Shown here one piece after another: positions 51,080-64,000 of a stretch of 64,000 nucleotides of DNA (positions within the stretch are counted from its first letter, which is position 1; every line of letters starts with the position of its first letter). A program made the translations under genes and the position numbers. Origin of the DNA: Nageia nagi (taxonomy: Eukaryota; Plantae; Pinophyta); NCBI GenBank assembly GCA_050084985.1, contig JBITNC010000002.1, forward strand, positions 31,496,001 through 31,560,000, in the 5' to 3' direction. The notes under the pieces are model-generated. The model was not told the DNA's origin, made no database searches, and saw nothing but the letters and a program-made list of their open reading frames with translations.

Positions 51080-51179
51080 CTGCTCAATTGTATCCGCACC
51101 ATAGTCTTTTCGCCATTGCAGCATATTTTCCCACATTTCTTTTGTTTTAATGAGGTCATATTTTCTTGCACATAAAAAC
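51080..51179 (-). CDS. Sec14/SFH exon 2 ([33 protein letters not shown])
   Basis: TGCAG| and |GTCGGT; 100 nt; completes the LR|FL.ARK.D CRAL-TRIO-N motif. Confidence 0.95.
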
Positions 51180-52686
51180 CTGCATAAACAATTGTTTCAT
51201 TGCAAACACCACCACAAAGTACATGAGATAATCATAATCAGAAATCAAATAGCACGACATAACAGAGGTAAATTTTTTCAAAGATTCAAATAAAGAAAAT
51301 CCTGAATAAATTTCCAATTTATGGCATTTGCACATCACATTTTGAATTTCCAGAAACAATCAGCAGTTATGAATTGGAAAAATATATCTTTTAAAGATAC
51401 AAAGATAAACGCATTGATTGTCGTATGCATATCTTGTTATGAATAGAATATCCCATAGCACACCAAGACAGAACAGAAATTTCCAGTTACACTGCATAAT
51501 AAAACATAATGTAGGAACAATTTATTGAGTGTACAATTTGAACACCACAATGTATCAAAAATTACCATACAGACATACAATCATGTCATCATCTAAAAAA
51601 CAATACAGACAGTACTTTGCCTCAATAGAAAAAGAAGAATCTTTATGATCAAATTTTGGTATATAAATGTTCCCTGAAAAATCATAGACAGTGTAGTTGA
51701 CTATAGATGTTCTCAAGACAAACTCCCTGGCCAAAGAACTCAACAAAATACACTACAAGACCCAATCTACTCCTGCTCAAATATTTCCCAAGCTAAGAAC
51801 CCAGACCTCAAAACTGGAAAACTTCCCACAGCCCTATTACAAAAAAAATAGAGGATGAAAAGAAGAATAGTAAACTAAAAATTGAGGACTTGGAACCTCA
51901 AATAGAACATATAAAACTACATATCCTGACGGCATTGTCCTCGATCCCGTTGAGGAAGAACTCCAAAAGTTGAGCTGATGGGTGAAACGGACCATTCTTG
52001 ATATCAACAGGGAAAATAATGGAGGGGGAGCTCATAAAGTTTTAAGGTAAAATAGGTGGGGCTTGGAGGGAGTATGAAACGGCTATCACTGTTTTTTATT
52101 ATTGGTAGGTGAAGGTACGAAGTGGATATGTTCATATGGAGCCATTAAATATTTTCATCTACAGGTTGACAGTGGGTCTATCAATCAAGGAATATAGCAG
52201 CAGTTTCCAGAAATTAATTATATAAGCAAAGCAAACAGTCATTTAGCTATTTTCAAAATTAGAAATAGAAAGAATGAAACTTACAGTGAGGTTTTTGTTA
52301 TAGATAGTTACAAATATAGAAGGAACAGAAATCCTACTACAACTATGAACCGGTTGCTTTGTTTTAGTGATAATGGTACTTAACCCTGGATGGGTTGGGG
52401 GTCATGCCATTGGTATTATTTCTGAAACTATGGACTGCCAATCATTGTAGAAAACTGGTCAATATAGGAATCTAAAAGCTGTGATTGTAAATGCTTTTTA
52501 AGAAATAAATATCCAATGACGGATTGTGCCAAGGATGCAGATATAAGGTTTTGATACGTTTTTCCTCCTCCTTACAAGGTACCGTTGAGACAGCAAAAAT
52601 GATCATGCGTTCCATCATCTGAGTGAGGTAGTCATCACCTACACCCACTTAAAAGGACTAATACCCCAAGGTTTCTATCTTAAAAT

Positions 52687-52882
52687 CATAGAATAAAAAA
52701 ACTCTGTTTAAACGTGTATTTTCCATTTAAACACGTATTTTCAAAGGCCCCGAATTTAACCATATTTTAAAAATACTTACCTTCTATAATATTTTTGGCA
52801 TCTTTTCCCCATTTTTCCCATATTTTTCTACCATTATTTCCGTTTTTTCATATTTGACCTGGGGCCATATTTTTATTCTATG
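52687..52882. mobile_element. hAT MITE (196 bp)
   Basis: TIR CATAGAATAAAAA / TTTTTATTCTATG; TSD cttaaaat / tttaaaat. Confidence 0.88.
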
Positions 52883-53089
52883 TTTAAAATGTCTATGTTC
52901 TGTGATAAAATCTTGGAATTGAGCCAATCAAGTAGAGATGCAACTCTTACCCACATTTTAATAGGCATCTGGAGTATGTTTCTTGCGTTTCAAAAAGAGA
53001 TCTTCTTGTCCTTACTAAGACTCTTTAAGTTTGAGTTCTTATCAAGATTTAAGATGTAGCAAATGGAAAAGGGAGATTGGATGAAAGAA

Positions 53090-54260
53090 AATAAAACGGA
53101 GAACAAAATAAGAAGTTGGTTTCCGAAATACGAGAAAATACTGTCAAAAGTGCAACATTGTCTAAAACGTTAATCTTTTTTGGGTTTCTTAAGGTCTTTC
53201 ATTCATTCATTCAATCAAGTCTAACTACAAACGACATCGTACAAATTATAGAGAGAGAAAAGCACAAAGTGATCCGATCTTTCGATTTTTTAACCCCTCA
53301 AAATGACTCCTCAAAAGCAATTCTGCACCTCTTTGCCTCCTTACAAGTTTTAAGAGCCAAAAATGGTGCAAATGGCATTTTTGGACTTTCTATTCTTCAT
53401 TTGGTGCATCATTTCACCTCCTTAAGTGTTTTAAGCCTCTATTTTCATGCACCCAAGGTGTTTTGCACTATTTTTGCTGTTTTTACCCTCCTAAGACCTC
53501 ATTTTGATGCACCCAAGGGAGAGATGTATCATTTTGAGCATCTTAAGACCTCAAAATGATGTGCTTAAGGGTTTTTTTTGTCTAGTTTTCATCATTTTGG
53601 CATTTTAAGGGCCCATTTTGGTGTGCCTAAGGAGGAAATGTTCATTTTTGAGTTTTTTTGCATTTTTAAGACCTCTAAATAGTGTGCCCAAAGGATCTTG
53701 GTCTGTATTCATCATTTTGACCCCCTTTTCACACTTAGGTGCTTTTAACACCTCGATTCGAGGCACTTAAGCCATTTCTACCTTTTTTTGACTGTTTGCA
53801 CCTTTTAACACCTGAATTTAACACTTTTCACCTTTTGAGACATTGTTTAAGTGCCTCTTGGCATTTTTGCCCCTTGATAGCTTGATTAGGTCAAAAGACT
53901 TTCTTTTCAACCTTGTAAAATCCTTGGATGATGTGTATTGCCTCTAGATCTCTATAAGATTTCTTGATTGTGTGCACTTGTTTCTTTAACTCCTTGGATG
54001 ATCCTGGCATGAATTTGGCATTTTTCTCTTTCCAGTACCTGAAATATTCCTCGTCTTGTGCCTCCAAGGTGGTTCTCTCCATAGCTTTGTCCGAAAAAGG
54101 GCACCAAAAATTGTCAAATTTAGGGGCGTGTTGTGCGAGCACAACATGAGGATAATCCATTTTCAAAAGCAGTGTATGGAGATTACACGTTAGGGTGAAG
54201 TAAATCTGCAAAACAAAAGGTCTTGTGCATGTGCAAACAAACAGATTTCAAATGTTCCAG
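53090..54260 (-). mobile_element. Probable TE-derived segment with ORF remnant (53891-54211) and degenerate subrepeats
   Basis: Recurrent ttaagacctc / gcacccaagg / cattttg motifs; ORF unrelated to SFH; family not recognised. Confidence 0.35.
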
Positions 54261-54725
54261 AGTTGAAATAAATTGGCATAACATTGGATCATAAATGAAA
54301 ATTTCCCTTGCAAATTTTTTCTGATCACACCAGCTGTTTTTTAGCTATAGCTAACTTTTTTAATTCTACTGTCATGTTTTGCATGCTCTCCTATTTCCCT
54401 CTAATTTCTTTATTTATACAATTGAGAATTCGTAGATTATTTCCTTTACTCTTTGCTTTTTTGCTTTTGTTTTGATTTCCTAAGCATATGAGGCATCAAA
54501 AAGAAAGTACTGCAAGTAAAAGAGTTAGAGTAATGGCAATAGTGAGCATCAAAATATATCCAAGAGAGTCGTAAAGTGGTTCAAACTTCCTTCTATCAAT
54601 CTTTTTCATCATAAGTTATATTGTTATTTACTTGTGTTTATGAAAACATTTGTTAGGGTCAAGTGTGTTTTACAAATGTAAAAAAGGGGTAGTTAGGCAT
54701 AATGTTAAAAAGTTACTATATTAAG

Positions 54726-55016
54726 CATAGTAGTGAAATTCGGATTCAACTAACATTTGTTTCGGTGCAAACTTTTAAAAATCAGCCATACTGAGACTAT
54801 TCAGTAAAAATCCGGCAAAAAAGAGGTAAATTAAAAATGTAATAAATACTAAAATTAAATGCATCAAATGTCTATTATTTGGCAATTATTCAGCATTTAT
54901 TTGAAAAAACTCGCATATTCTCATTTTTTGCCAAATTTTTCACAATCATTTGTTTTCATTGACTCGACAAATATTTGATAGCATAAACTGAATATTCACT
55001 GAAGTTCATAACTATA
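54726..55016. mobile_element. hAT MITE
   Basis: CATAGTAGTGAA ... TTCATAACTATA ends; flanks atattaag / atattata. Confidence 0.6.
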
Positions 55017-55476
55017 ATATTATATTATTAATTTGCTACTTTCTTTCTTAAAGTTTTGAACAAGCGATAAAGATACTTTAAAGTTATGTGAAGGAAATAA
55101 AGTAACTCTATATTATTTATCTCATACATGAAAGCCTGAAAGGGCAAAAAGAGAAAACGAAAACTTTAAATGCATCAAATGTCTATTATTTGGCAATTAT
55201 TCAGCATTTATTTGAAAAAACTCGCATATTCTCATTTTTCGCCAAAACTTTCACAATCATTTGTTTTCATTGACTCGACAAATATTTGATAGCATAAACT
55301 GAATATTCACTGAAGTTCATAACTATAATATTATATTATTAATTTGCTACTTTCTTTCTTAAAGTTTTGAAAAAGCGACAAAGATACTTTAAAGTTATGT
55401 GAAGGAAATAAAGTAACTCTATATCATTTATCTCATACGTGAAAGCCTGAAAGGGCAAAAAGAGAAAACGAAACTA
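54855..55476. repeat. Near-perfect tandem duplication, 311 bp x2
   Basis: ttaaatgcatcaaatgtctattatttggc... starts at 54855 and 55166; only a handful of substitutions. Confidence 0.95.
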
Positions 55477-56524
55477 TAAATAAAAACCTACAAACCTTAA
55501 GTACAAGAATGCTTTTGGAAAACAAGGAATATTATCCAAGCACAAAACTTCGATCATTCTTGGCCAAATACAGCAACCATACTGCTCTTGGAGTATAAGG
55601 GCTAGGATTTGGCAACTGCAACATTCTCAAGAAAAGTTCTCTAACTTCTAAACTCTTTAACAAATAGTTTATTTCGGAATAGAGATTTATGTTTTGTTCT
55701 CTTCCACTGTTAGTTTCCTTCTTTCACGTAGTTAAATTACCTAAAAATAAAATGCATATAAAGTAAATTAAAATAAGGCTTCTAGTTAGAGATAGCTTTT
55801 TATTTGTTTTAGTTACAAGAAAGTTTGCAGAATTATTTCAGTCCAGTTTTTTTCCAGTAATCAGCATTTTCTGGTTCTGTCGGTTAGCTTTAAAGGTTGA
55901 GCTAGGGTTCATACTTCATATTTCATAACACTGCTTCGCTTAATTATCTAATTAGAAACCCAAGAAAAGTGCAGTCTTCCAAGTCAATAGTAAAATCATT
56001 ATTGACAAGAAACCAACAATACATAAATATTAGCATCTAGTGTTGCATGTACTGATCCTACCATATGGCTTTGAATTGTTTCTATCTGACGTTAGATTTT
56101 GTGTGCAGCAGAGTCCTTTGACATAATGATAAGATGCTGATCTGAATCCAAAATGTTACACACATCAGGAGCATGACTACTAAACTGTGTCCATGGTCTG
56201 GAACATAAATAATGATCCATTCAATGTTGCCTATGAGCACACAAATAAAATATGTTAATATCTACTTGACCAACTACTTCATAGGAGGTTAATACTAAAT
56301 ACCATCATCATCATTCTTTTCAAATATGTCAATCATCAAGTTCTTTTAATGAATATAGATAAAGATTTCAGCAATTTTGATTCCAAAAATGCAAACACAC
56401 TTTTAATAGCAGATTCAGCCTCTAATTCTATAAAATAAGCATTATTAGCTCAAATGATTATGTTTGTCAATTTCATGTAGTTCAAGTTGAAGTATAGCCC
56501 ATGATTGCTCGACTTTTTTTACGT

Positions 56525-57321
56525 CCTCAATTTCCAAAAGCTTAATTATTGACAAAGATGCCTCAACCTAGAAAATTGTTGTATATATGCAGCTCTTGAA
56601 TTCCACCTTGGGGTTATCTTTAATACACCTAGTGCTTTCCTTTTTCCTATTTATAATGATAGGACTGCCTGTTCCCATTCCCTTACTGCAAAGGCCTAAA
56701 TTGTCAGGTTGCCAACAGAAATTATTTCTCAAACAAAGCTCGTTGTTGTCATAGAGATTTTTCCGGACCATCCCTTCTTCAATGAAGGCTTATCGTTGAC
56801 TGTCTGGGCTCCACTTTAGAAAAGCATATAGGGCTTTTCTATGTTCACTAACAATTCAGAACTGTCTTGATTTCTGTATTACACCTCAACATAATTGCCA
56901 ATAGCTATACTTGACATTGATGACCTCAATTTCCAAAAACTTAATTATTGACAAAGATGCCTCAACCTAGAAAATTGTTGTATATATACAGCTCTTGAAT
57001 TCCGCCTTGGGGTTATCTATAATACACCTAGTGCTTTCCTTTTTCCTATTTATAATGATAGGACTGCCTGTTCCTATTCCCTTACTGCAAAGGCCTAAAT
57101 TGTCAGGTTGCCAACAGGAATTATTTCTCAAACAAAGCTCGTTGTTGTCATAGAGATTTTTCCAGACCATCTCTTCTTCAATGAAGGCTGATTGTTGACT
57201 GTCTGGGCTTCACTTTAGAAAAGCATATAGGGCTTTATTATGTTCACTGACAATTCAGAACTGTCTTGATTTCTGTATTACACCTCAACATAATTGCCAA
57301 TAGCTATACTTGACATTGATG
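56525..57321. repeat. Near-perfect tandem duplication, 399 bp x2
   Basis: cctcaatttccaaaa.cttaattattg at 56525 and 56924; twin ORFs 56568 and 56967 offset by 399. Confidence 0.95.
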
Positions 57322-58315
57322 ATGATCAATGTACGTCATGAAACTTGAAACTCCAACAAATTTGATGATATGCACAATGGACTTTAACCTGACAAACATT
57401 TCACATAATTGCAAAGCCTTGCTATGCACAACAGGCTTCAACCTGACAAACATTTCACAAGATTATAAAGCCTTGCTTATCAAAAGTATAATATGTAATT
57501 ATTCCGACTGGTGAATGAAAATCTATGATTCTTATACATACAACAAAGTTTTTCACAAGCCACACTTTTTATAACTACATTTGCTTTAAATCATAAGGAT
57601 GTTTCTAAGTCACTAATGCCCTGTTGTACCAAACATTTAAAAATTTAGATAGAACAAGTTTCAAGGAAAGTGGACAGATGCTTCTTGAGATGATCCCACA
57701 AACTCTTTGAATAATTTGAGTTTGAAAAGCATTCATCACAATAATATAGCTTTTCCCAAGATGATTTGGAGTTCACAAATATGACACCATGCTTGAAATC
57801 AAAAAACACAACTTAAATGTTTTCCATATAATAAACAGTGCAGTAGTACACTCTTTTTTCCAAAATGACTTGCTGTATAAATGAAGAATCTATGTTTAAG
57901 ATCATTTGAAAATACAAATTCAAATCATCTTAATAATTTAAATCAAATCCAAAACCCCATACATTAAATGAAAATTTTGGCAATAGTAAAAGAAAATAAC
58001 ATTATAGTAGTTGCAAATTGAAACTGTGTTATAATACTTTTGACATACAAAGCTAGCACTTTCTGGATGCTTAAATGTTCCTACAACCCTTTAACAAACA
58101 GGAACACCAACATTTATAACTTTCTCCATGAGAGAGGATCTTCATAGATAGCAGATAACATGGCCAGGGTATGTTAAAATTCATACTCAAACGAAGCCAT
58201 TATAAACAGCAATACTAAATGGCACAAATCCATCTACAAATTTCAAAACAAAACATAAAATAATAAAACTAATATCTAAGTGAATAAAGAAAATAGATCA
58301 ACAGAAAAACCTCAC

Positions 58316-58838
58316 CGTAAGAGTGTATGGTAGTCATCATACTTTTCCGGAAGTAAATTACTATCAACAAGCATCTTCCTAAATGATTGGACGACATCTT
58401 GCTCTTTTGGATCACGTATATCTCTAATAATTAGTTTGCTATCAGTCCTTTTAAGCCGTTTCTTCATTGAATGGCTAATCTTTGAGGAAGCAGTCCTAAA
58501 AGCCTTGATCCCTCTCATAGAAGGATTACTCTGTACACTTGCATCACCTAATTGACTTCCAAGTTCATCAGTGTTGAAGCTTTCCGATTTTCTTTCTATA
58601 TTTACTGTGGTAGACCAATTGGAATGAGCATGTCTTGTATTTTGATGTTGTTCAGGAGACCAGCTCAAAGATCTTTCTCCATTTTGTGCAGTTGATCTGG
58701 CAGAAAACCTTTGTTTTCTTTCTTGATCTTCATGGATTGATATTTTAGAAGATCCTAGTCCTTTTTCTTTCCAAAGGAAGTCTTGAAGTTTCATTCCTTT
58801 CCCTTTATAGATCCCACTACTTGTGTTTTGTTTGTCAC
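58316..58838 (-). CDS. Sec14/SFH first visible coding exon (N-terminal extension ...DIRDPKEQDVVQSFRKMLVDSNLLPEKYDDYHTLLR)
   Basis: CTTTTCAG| acceptor (phase 1, frame open) and CG|GTGAG donor; SFH motifs ASSK..HS.KKR and LLP..DDYH.LLR; upstream start exon not located. Confidence 0.93.
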
Positions 58839-59488
58839 CTGAAAAGAATTAATCTTTAGATTAGCTGTATAAAACCAATACAGACCACAACTAAATTGTC
58901 CAAGAGATATCCAAAAAAACAGAATACTTCTCAATCATAAAGGAAATACAATCATATTCAATTCCATAGGTAACTGACCAGAACTAGACCACCATGCTAC
59001 TCAATTCGTAACAGCTAAAGATAATTAATTGTTCATGAAATTGAAATATTCAACACTGAAGCCTTCTTATTCTTGAAGGCATTTACCAAAATAATACATA
59101 CAATTTGGAAAGTAAATACTAGGTGTTTTCTTATTCTCTATTTTATCCACGATTAAAAATGTAGTTCCATATTTGGGCACCACCTGGCGGATGGGACTGG
59201 AATCCAGACGCATAATCACTATTTGGAGTGGTGAGAGGACCTTGGATGTTTTCATGATGGTGTTTTCATGTTGAATCCATATTATTCTTCAGATCTATCA
59301 TGTGCCTATATGAGCATCCATTGTCTAGGATTGCATCTTAGAATGTTAAGATATGCTAGGCAAGGCTGATTGAATGAGTGAAGGGATATATCATCTACAA
59401 CAGCAACGTTGACATCAAAAGTCCACCAAAAAGGCTAACAATCAAAGTATTGATGAGACGTAGAGCCAATCAGCAATAAGGTTGAAAG

Positions 59489-59791
59489 CATAGTAGCGAA
59501 ACTCAGCCCAAGTCTTAAAAACTCATTGAGTCCAGGTCCAAGTTGGTTCCATCAAGCTGCTCAAGCCCAACTCACAAGTTTTTCAAAAACCAGTGAGTCT
59601 CAACAAAAACACTCACCACTTACAATATGCCTGTGGAAAAGGTCAAAGTCTGTCTTTTTTCATTTCCGAGTTTTTGCCAAGTTTTTCCGAGTTCTTTTTC
59701 TAAGTCCAAGTTTTTCTGAGTAGAATGCAAGTTGAGCTTTTGCCCAGTTTTTCCAAGTTGGCCTTGTTGAGTCCCAAGTTGCTCTACTATG
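59489..59791. mobile_element. hAT MITE (303 bp)
   Basis: TIR CATAGTAG / CTACTATG with perfect 8-bp TSD gttgaaag on both sides. Confidence 0.93.
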
Positions 59792-60308
59792 GTTGAAAGT
59801 ATTGCTCAGAATCCAATAAGAATTACGGATCTCTTGGAACCTCTTCCTTGCATATACTGCAGCAATATATTCCTTTGTATCTTGAGTGGATGAAAGGTTT
59901 GAGCTTGTTTTACAGGAATCAAATGGCTCTATTGGTTCGTATAGGTATTCTATAAACAAGATTTAAGGCCTACGTCTAATGAACGCCTTTGAACACATCC
60001 AAGGCAGGATCCAAATGAATGTTTCACAAGGAAATCCTATACCAATAGCTTGTAATGAATAAATCTCACTGCACCATTTAGAATGATTGATGCAACAAAA
60101 TACAAATATGATACAAAAATTCCACATGAATGTTGATGGAAGTTGTCACTACATGGACACCCTCTTTAGTAACAGTTTCTGAAATCCCGAGCATACGTAC
60201 AGTAGGCACACTATATACAATGGCTAACTATGCCAACAGCCATAAATGTAGTGTACCGATACCTATGTTAGAACAAGATTTGAGAATCCACTAGTTGGCA
60301 TAGGTACA

Positions 60309-61330
60309 TGTAATCAACTGGCCATAATAACACAGAAATATTGCAAAACTACAATCAAAACACAGAAATTACTGACTCTGATTTTTTTTTTGACACAGAA
60401 AATGCAGTAGAATGATTTTATTCACAGCCAAAGGCCACACAGTCCGGATCTATTCAAAACAATAGATAAGACTGAAAAAACAGAGTCTTTTCACCATACA
60501 AACTCCAGATCTGGTGCAAAGGACCAAGGGCTTGGCTAGAACTGGCCAAAATCTGATACTGAAGCAAAACTAGGGCTCTCCAAGCCTAATGTAATCTTCC
60601 CACCATGGAGTGAGGTATTGTAGATCTGATCTCTCCAACTGATTTATCCAATGAAGCACCAATGCAAACTCTGTATGAATTTGCCGTAAGGAATATAAGA
60701 GCTTTGGGTTTACAATGGAATTCAAACCACAAAGCCTCTAAGAGGTTGGAGTGCTCTTAGAATTCATTCTCCTAAAGCTTGTCCACTCTTCAAGAGCCAA
60801 ATACAAATTGCTAGCCACAGCAAATTGTCAAAAATGATTATAAAAATAATATTCACCAACATGAATCGAAATGAGCACCCTCACATATATATCTTGCGAC
60901 AATAATATGCAAATTGATCCTCAACCATCAGATCTAATCAATGACTGGAAATGATTGAGATCTGCCCTTGGAAATGATAAAATCTTGCCTCACACATGCA
61001 TTAAACACAAATCTCCATCATTAGGGCTAATGTTAGGGTAATAAAGGCTTCAACTCAGCCTCGAGATCCCACGTTTAGGATTAGAGAGGCTCCTAAACTG
61101 TATTTGATGGTTGGGCAAGCTGGAATGGGCCCACGTTTGGCAGACTTGTGACCTAAAATGATGATGTCCTGGCTGAAATGACCTGGCAGGTGTGACATCA
61201 GGCCTGAGGCATCATTGTCTTGGTTGGAATTCATCCCTAGACCCCACACATAGGCCAGATCTTCCCTCTAACTACCTGCGTAAGCTAGTATATCCCTTTA
61301 GGTTGTCTCTCATCTGGCAATGGTGTTTAT
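60309..61330. mobile_element. LTR-like segment
   Basis: tgtaatc start, LTR-like composition, reverse TATA-like tatatat at ~60885; boundaries uncertain. Confidence 0.35.
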
Positions 61331-61458
61331 GGCTGACATTTGGCTGGCTGGAGTAGTTTTAGAGCCTTATAATTATCATATATGTGTTTTATATCTTGAG
61401 GATAGGATCTAGATAACTTAATGAGTAATGCATCAATCCTTATCCACAAACTCACAAC

Positions 61459-64000
61459 CTGTTGTGTCTTACACAACCCGCCCCAAAATTTCGCAATTTT
61501 GGAGACCCTCTGCAACTTACACGCATCCGGCACCTAGTCAATGAAGCTTCTCCATGTCCCCCGACGAACTCAATATCATGCCTATTAGCCCATCACCCAA
61601 ATGTGTCCAAACAACGGAGGGCTTGACTTTTTTACCCTCGCAGCCTATTGGGAGCCCCTGTGGGTTGTTGACTGCCACCTCTTCTTGTTCGAATCCTGAG
61701 TGTGCCCTCTACTCCACCAACGTGCGCAATTTCTCCTTTTTGTTCTGTCAAGTGAAACAAGAGTATTAAATGTTGCTATTAATAATGTTTAGAAATCTAA
61801 AAAGAACATTTCTTAGTCTCGTAACTAAACATTGCAGCTTATCAGCCGCCTCTGTGTGCAACTTTGCACCTCATCTTTGAGGACCCTTCCCTCTCGCGTG
61901 GCTCCATTTTTTTCTCACTTCGTTTTTTGTTTTTTGTGTGGTGTGGATGAACATCATCTCCGCCACAAAAGACCCAAAACGAAGTAAATCTGGCCACTTG
62001 CAACCCAACGCATGCCTTAGAAAGATAGAATCCTAACTTTCTGAACCATGCACCCAAACTAGAAGAGGCAGAGAAGTTGGAGAGAGTTTAAAAAAGACAA
62101 AATCTTGTCTTTTGAAATCATGCGCCAGGCTTGGAGGGGCCTCTGGGTCAATCCGTTGTGCAAAATTGGCAAGCTGCAATGCCAGGATGAGCAAAAACGA
62201 GCAAATTCAATTCACACCTAGCTCAGGAGAGAGTTGGGAGCACCGTTTCAAAAGACAAAATCTTGTCTTTTTGTAGCATGCTCCTAGCTCGGGAGAGAGT
62301 TGGGAGCACCGCTTCAAAAGACAAAATCTCGTCTTTCTCCGGCATGCTCCAAGTTCAGGATATATGCCCGAGATAGCTAGATTTCAAAGATAGCCCCAAA
62401 GACCCCACATCCAATCTCCGACAGTCAAGCATGGAAGTTTGAGCGCAAACACATCTCGAGGTTGGCCATTTGGACAGTCAAGATCAATCCCTCTCATGCC
62501 TAGCCGACTAGGGTTTTTTGGAGACCAAAATTTGCTTATAAACACCAACCTGGGGAGCTCATTATTCCAAACTCAGATTATCTTGCTCCTCATCCTGTGC
62601 ACCAGAATGGTCAAACCAAACCTTGAGGCACTAAAGCAAGGAGGCGAGACAAAGGGAGGCATGACCACTGGCAATACCTCGCCAAGACAAAGGCATAATG
62701 TTGACATCACAACCTTAATAAGATCATTGCACGAGGATCCCAGCCTAAGAGCAAGAGACGAATCTACAAACACTCACTATGTGAGTAGATTCGTGTTCAA
62801 GGTGAACAACACACTTTCTGTCACCAAAGTTGCCTTGAACATAGATCCGGAGGAGCCACAAGACTTGGAGGCCCTTACTCTAAAGACTGAGATTGATGAA
62901 GTCAAAACCACTGGGGCAGAACGGATAAGGGATATCACCAAGTTGGTAAAGGAGCTGGAAGAGGGGCAAGGGAAGCTAAGCCTAGAAGGAGAGCCCACAC
63001 CTTCCAATCCAGATTGTCTTCAAGACCAAGTAGCCACAAACGGACAGGAGTACCATCAACAAGCCAGCAATGGGGTCTTCAAGCTCGGCATTGCAAAGGC
63101 AGAGAAGGTCAATCAGCAGGAATAGACCCGAGAACATTCAAGGTAGAATGTTGCAAGTGCAACAATTAGTTTATTTTACATTTTTATTTATTGCAATTTT
63201 ATTTTAAATTTGGATTCCAAAGACTTATTAAATTTTGTACAGCCTTGTGATGGATGAGCACTTGCTCCCACAAGTGCTAGAATAAATCTTGTAATGCCAT
63301 GTGGCACTTTATTATTAGACTGCGTTTATTTTTTGAAACTTGTAATTAGGGTTAGGGCAACACTGCTGGTTGCTCCTAAACTATTTATACCCCGTTTTGA
63401 TTCATTTGTAAGGGGGATTGACACTTTAACAATAGAAAGGAACTTTTGCTTGCTAGACCAAAAATTCTCTAAGTTGTTAAATGTGGTGTATGTATGTGTA
63501 ATTATGATGAAATGCTTCTCATGTTGTCATGCCAAATTCGAATGAATGATTGACAGTGTTGTCTAGTTTGTTCTATTGCTGCTTTGTGTTAATTTACATC
63601 ACTTAGTGCATCCTGTAAATTCCGTGTGAAGTGGACATGAGAGTGCTTGTATATCTTATGAAGTGGTCGATTAGCATATTGTTGGTGATATTTTGTCATT
63701 TGAAATCTTAGGCTTGGATACTTCAAGATGTCTTGTTGATGTTGCTCATAGTAGGAACTTCACCCGGATCGTCAAGTGTTACCTTCACCCATCCTACTCC
63801 ATCCTTGCCACAGCCACATGCTCCTTCCACTAGATCATTCGTGTTGTTGGCTAGCGGAACAGATTGAGGGTGTGTGGAACCTACGTTGAGACCCAACAAG
63901 TCAACTTTTGAGGACCTTATCCCAAGCCTGTGTGTCCGCATGCCAATAGTTGCATCATTCTACCCACAAGTCTTTCCACCATCTTTTCTTTATTTATTTT
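61459..64000 (+). mobile_element. Long, relatively intact LTR-like sequence running off the window edge
   Basis: TGTTGTGTCTTACACAACCCGCCCC start, CpG-retaining, ~59-bp subrepeats at 62075-62340, TATA-like tatttata at ~63383. Confidence 0.55.

Noticed and set aside
56568-57170. Twin 67-aa ORFs as duplicated small genes
   Set aside because: By-product of the 399-bp intronic tandem duplication; no coding hallmarks
58839-60300. Start-codon micro-exon of the SFH gene
   Set aside because: The phase-1 acceptor implies an upstream exon, but no convincing ATG..G|GT candidate was identified; it may lie outside the window

Overview
AT-rich eukaryotic DNA dense in decayed transposons, most likely from a conifer. 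That inference rests on a GIY-YIG Penelope-like element of the Dryad type and on giant TE-filled introns. One host gene can be assembled by hand: a minus-strand Sec14/SFH-type phosphatidylinositol transfer protein. It has 8 phase-consistent GT-AG coding exons between ~19.0 and 58.8 kb, including introns of 7.1, 2.4, 12.7 and 15.9 kb. The rest is nested Ty1/copia, Ty3/gypsy, LINE, hAT (transposase and MITEs) and Penelope relics, plus local tandem duplications. The most unusual structure is a ~3.8 kb foldback (5041-8868) with TG...CA ends, a possible decayed 5-bp target-site duplication (TSD) and ~520-bp terminal arms. Inside it lie five tandem ~570-bp intronless fragments of a DEG14/HtrA-like protease (3 minus, 2 plus) folded around a 33-nt spacer. 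It is a candidate gene-capturing palindromic element or long hairpin-RNA locus. All calls are by eye, with no database searches.
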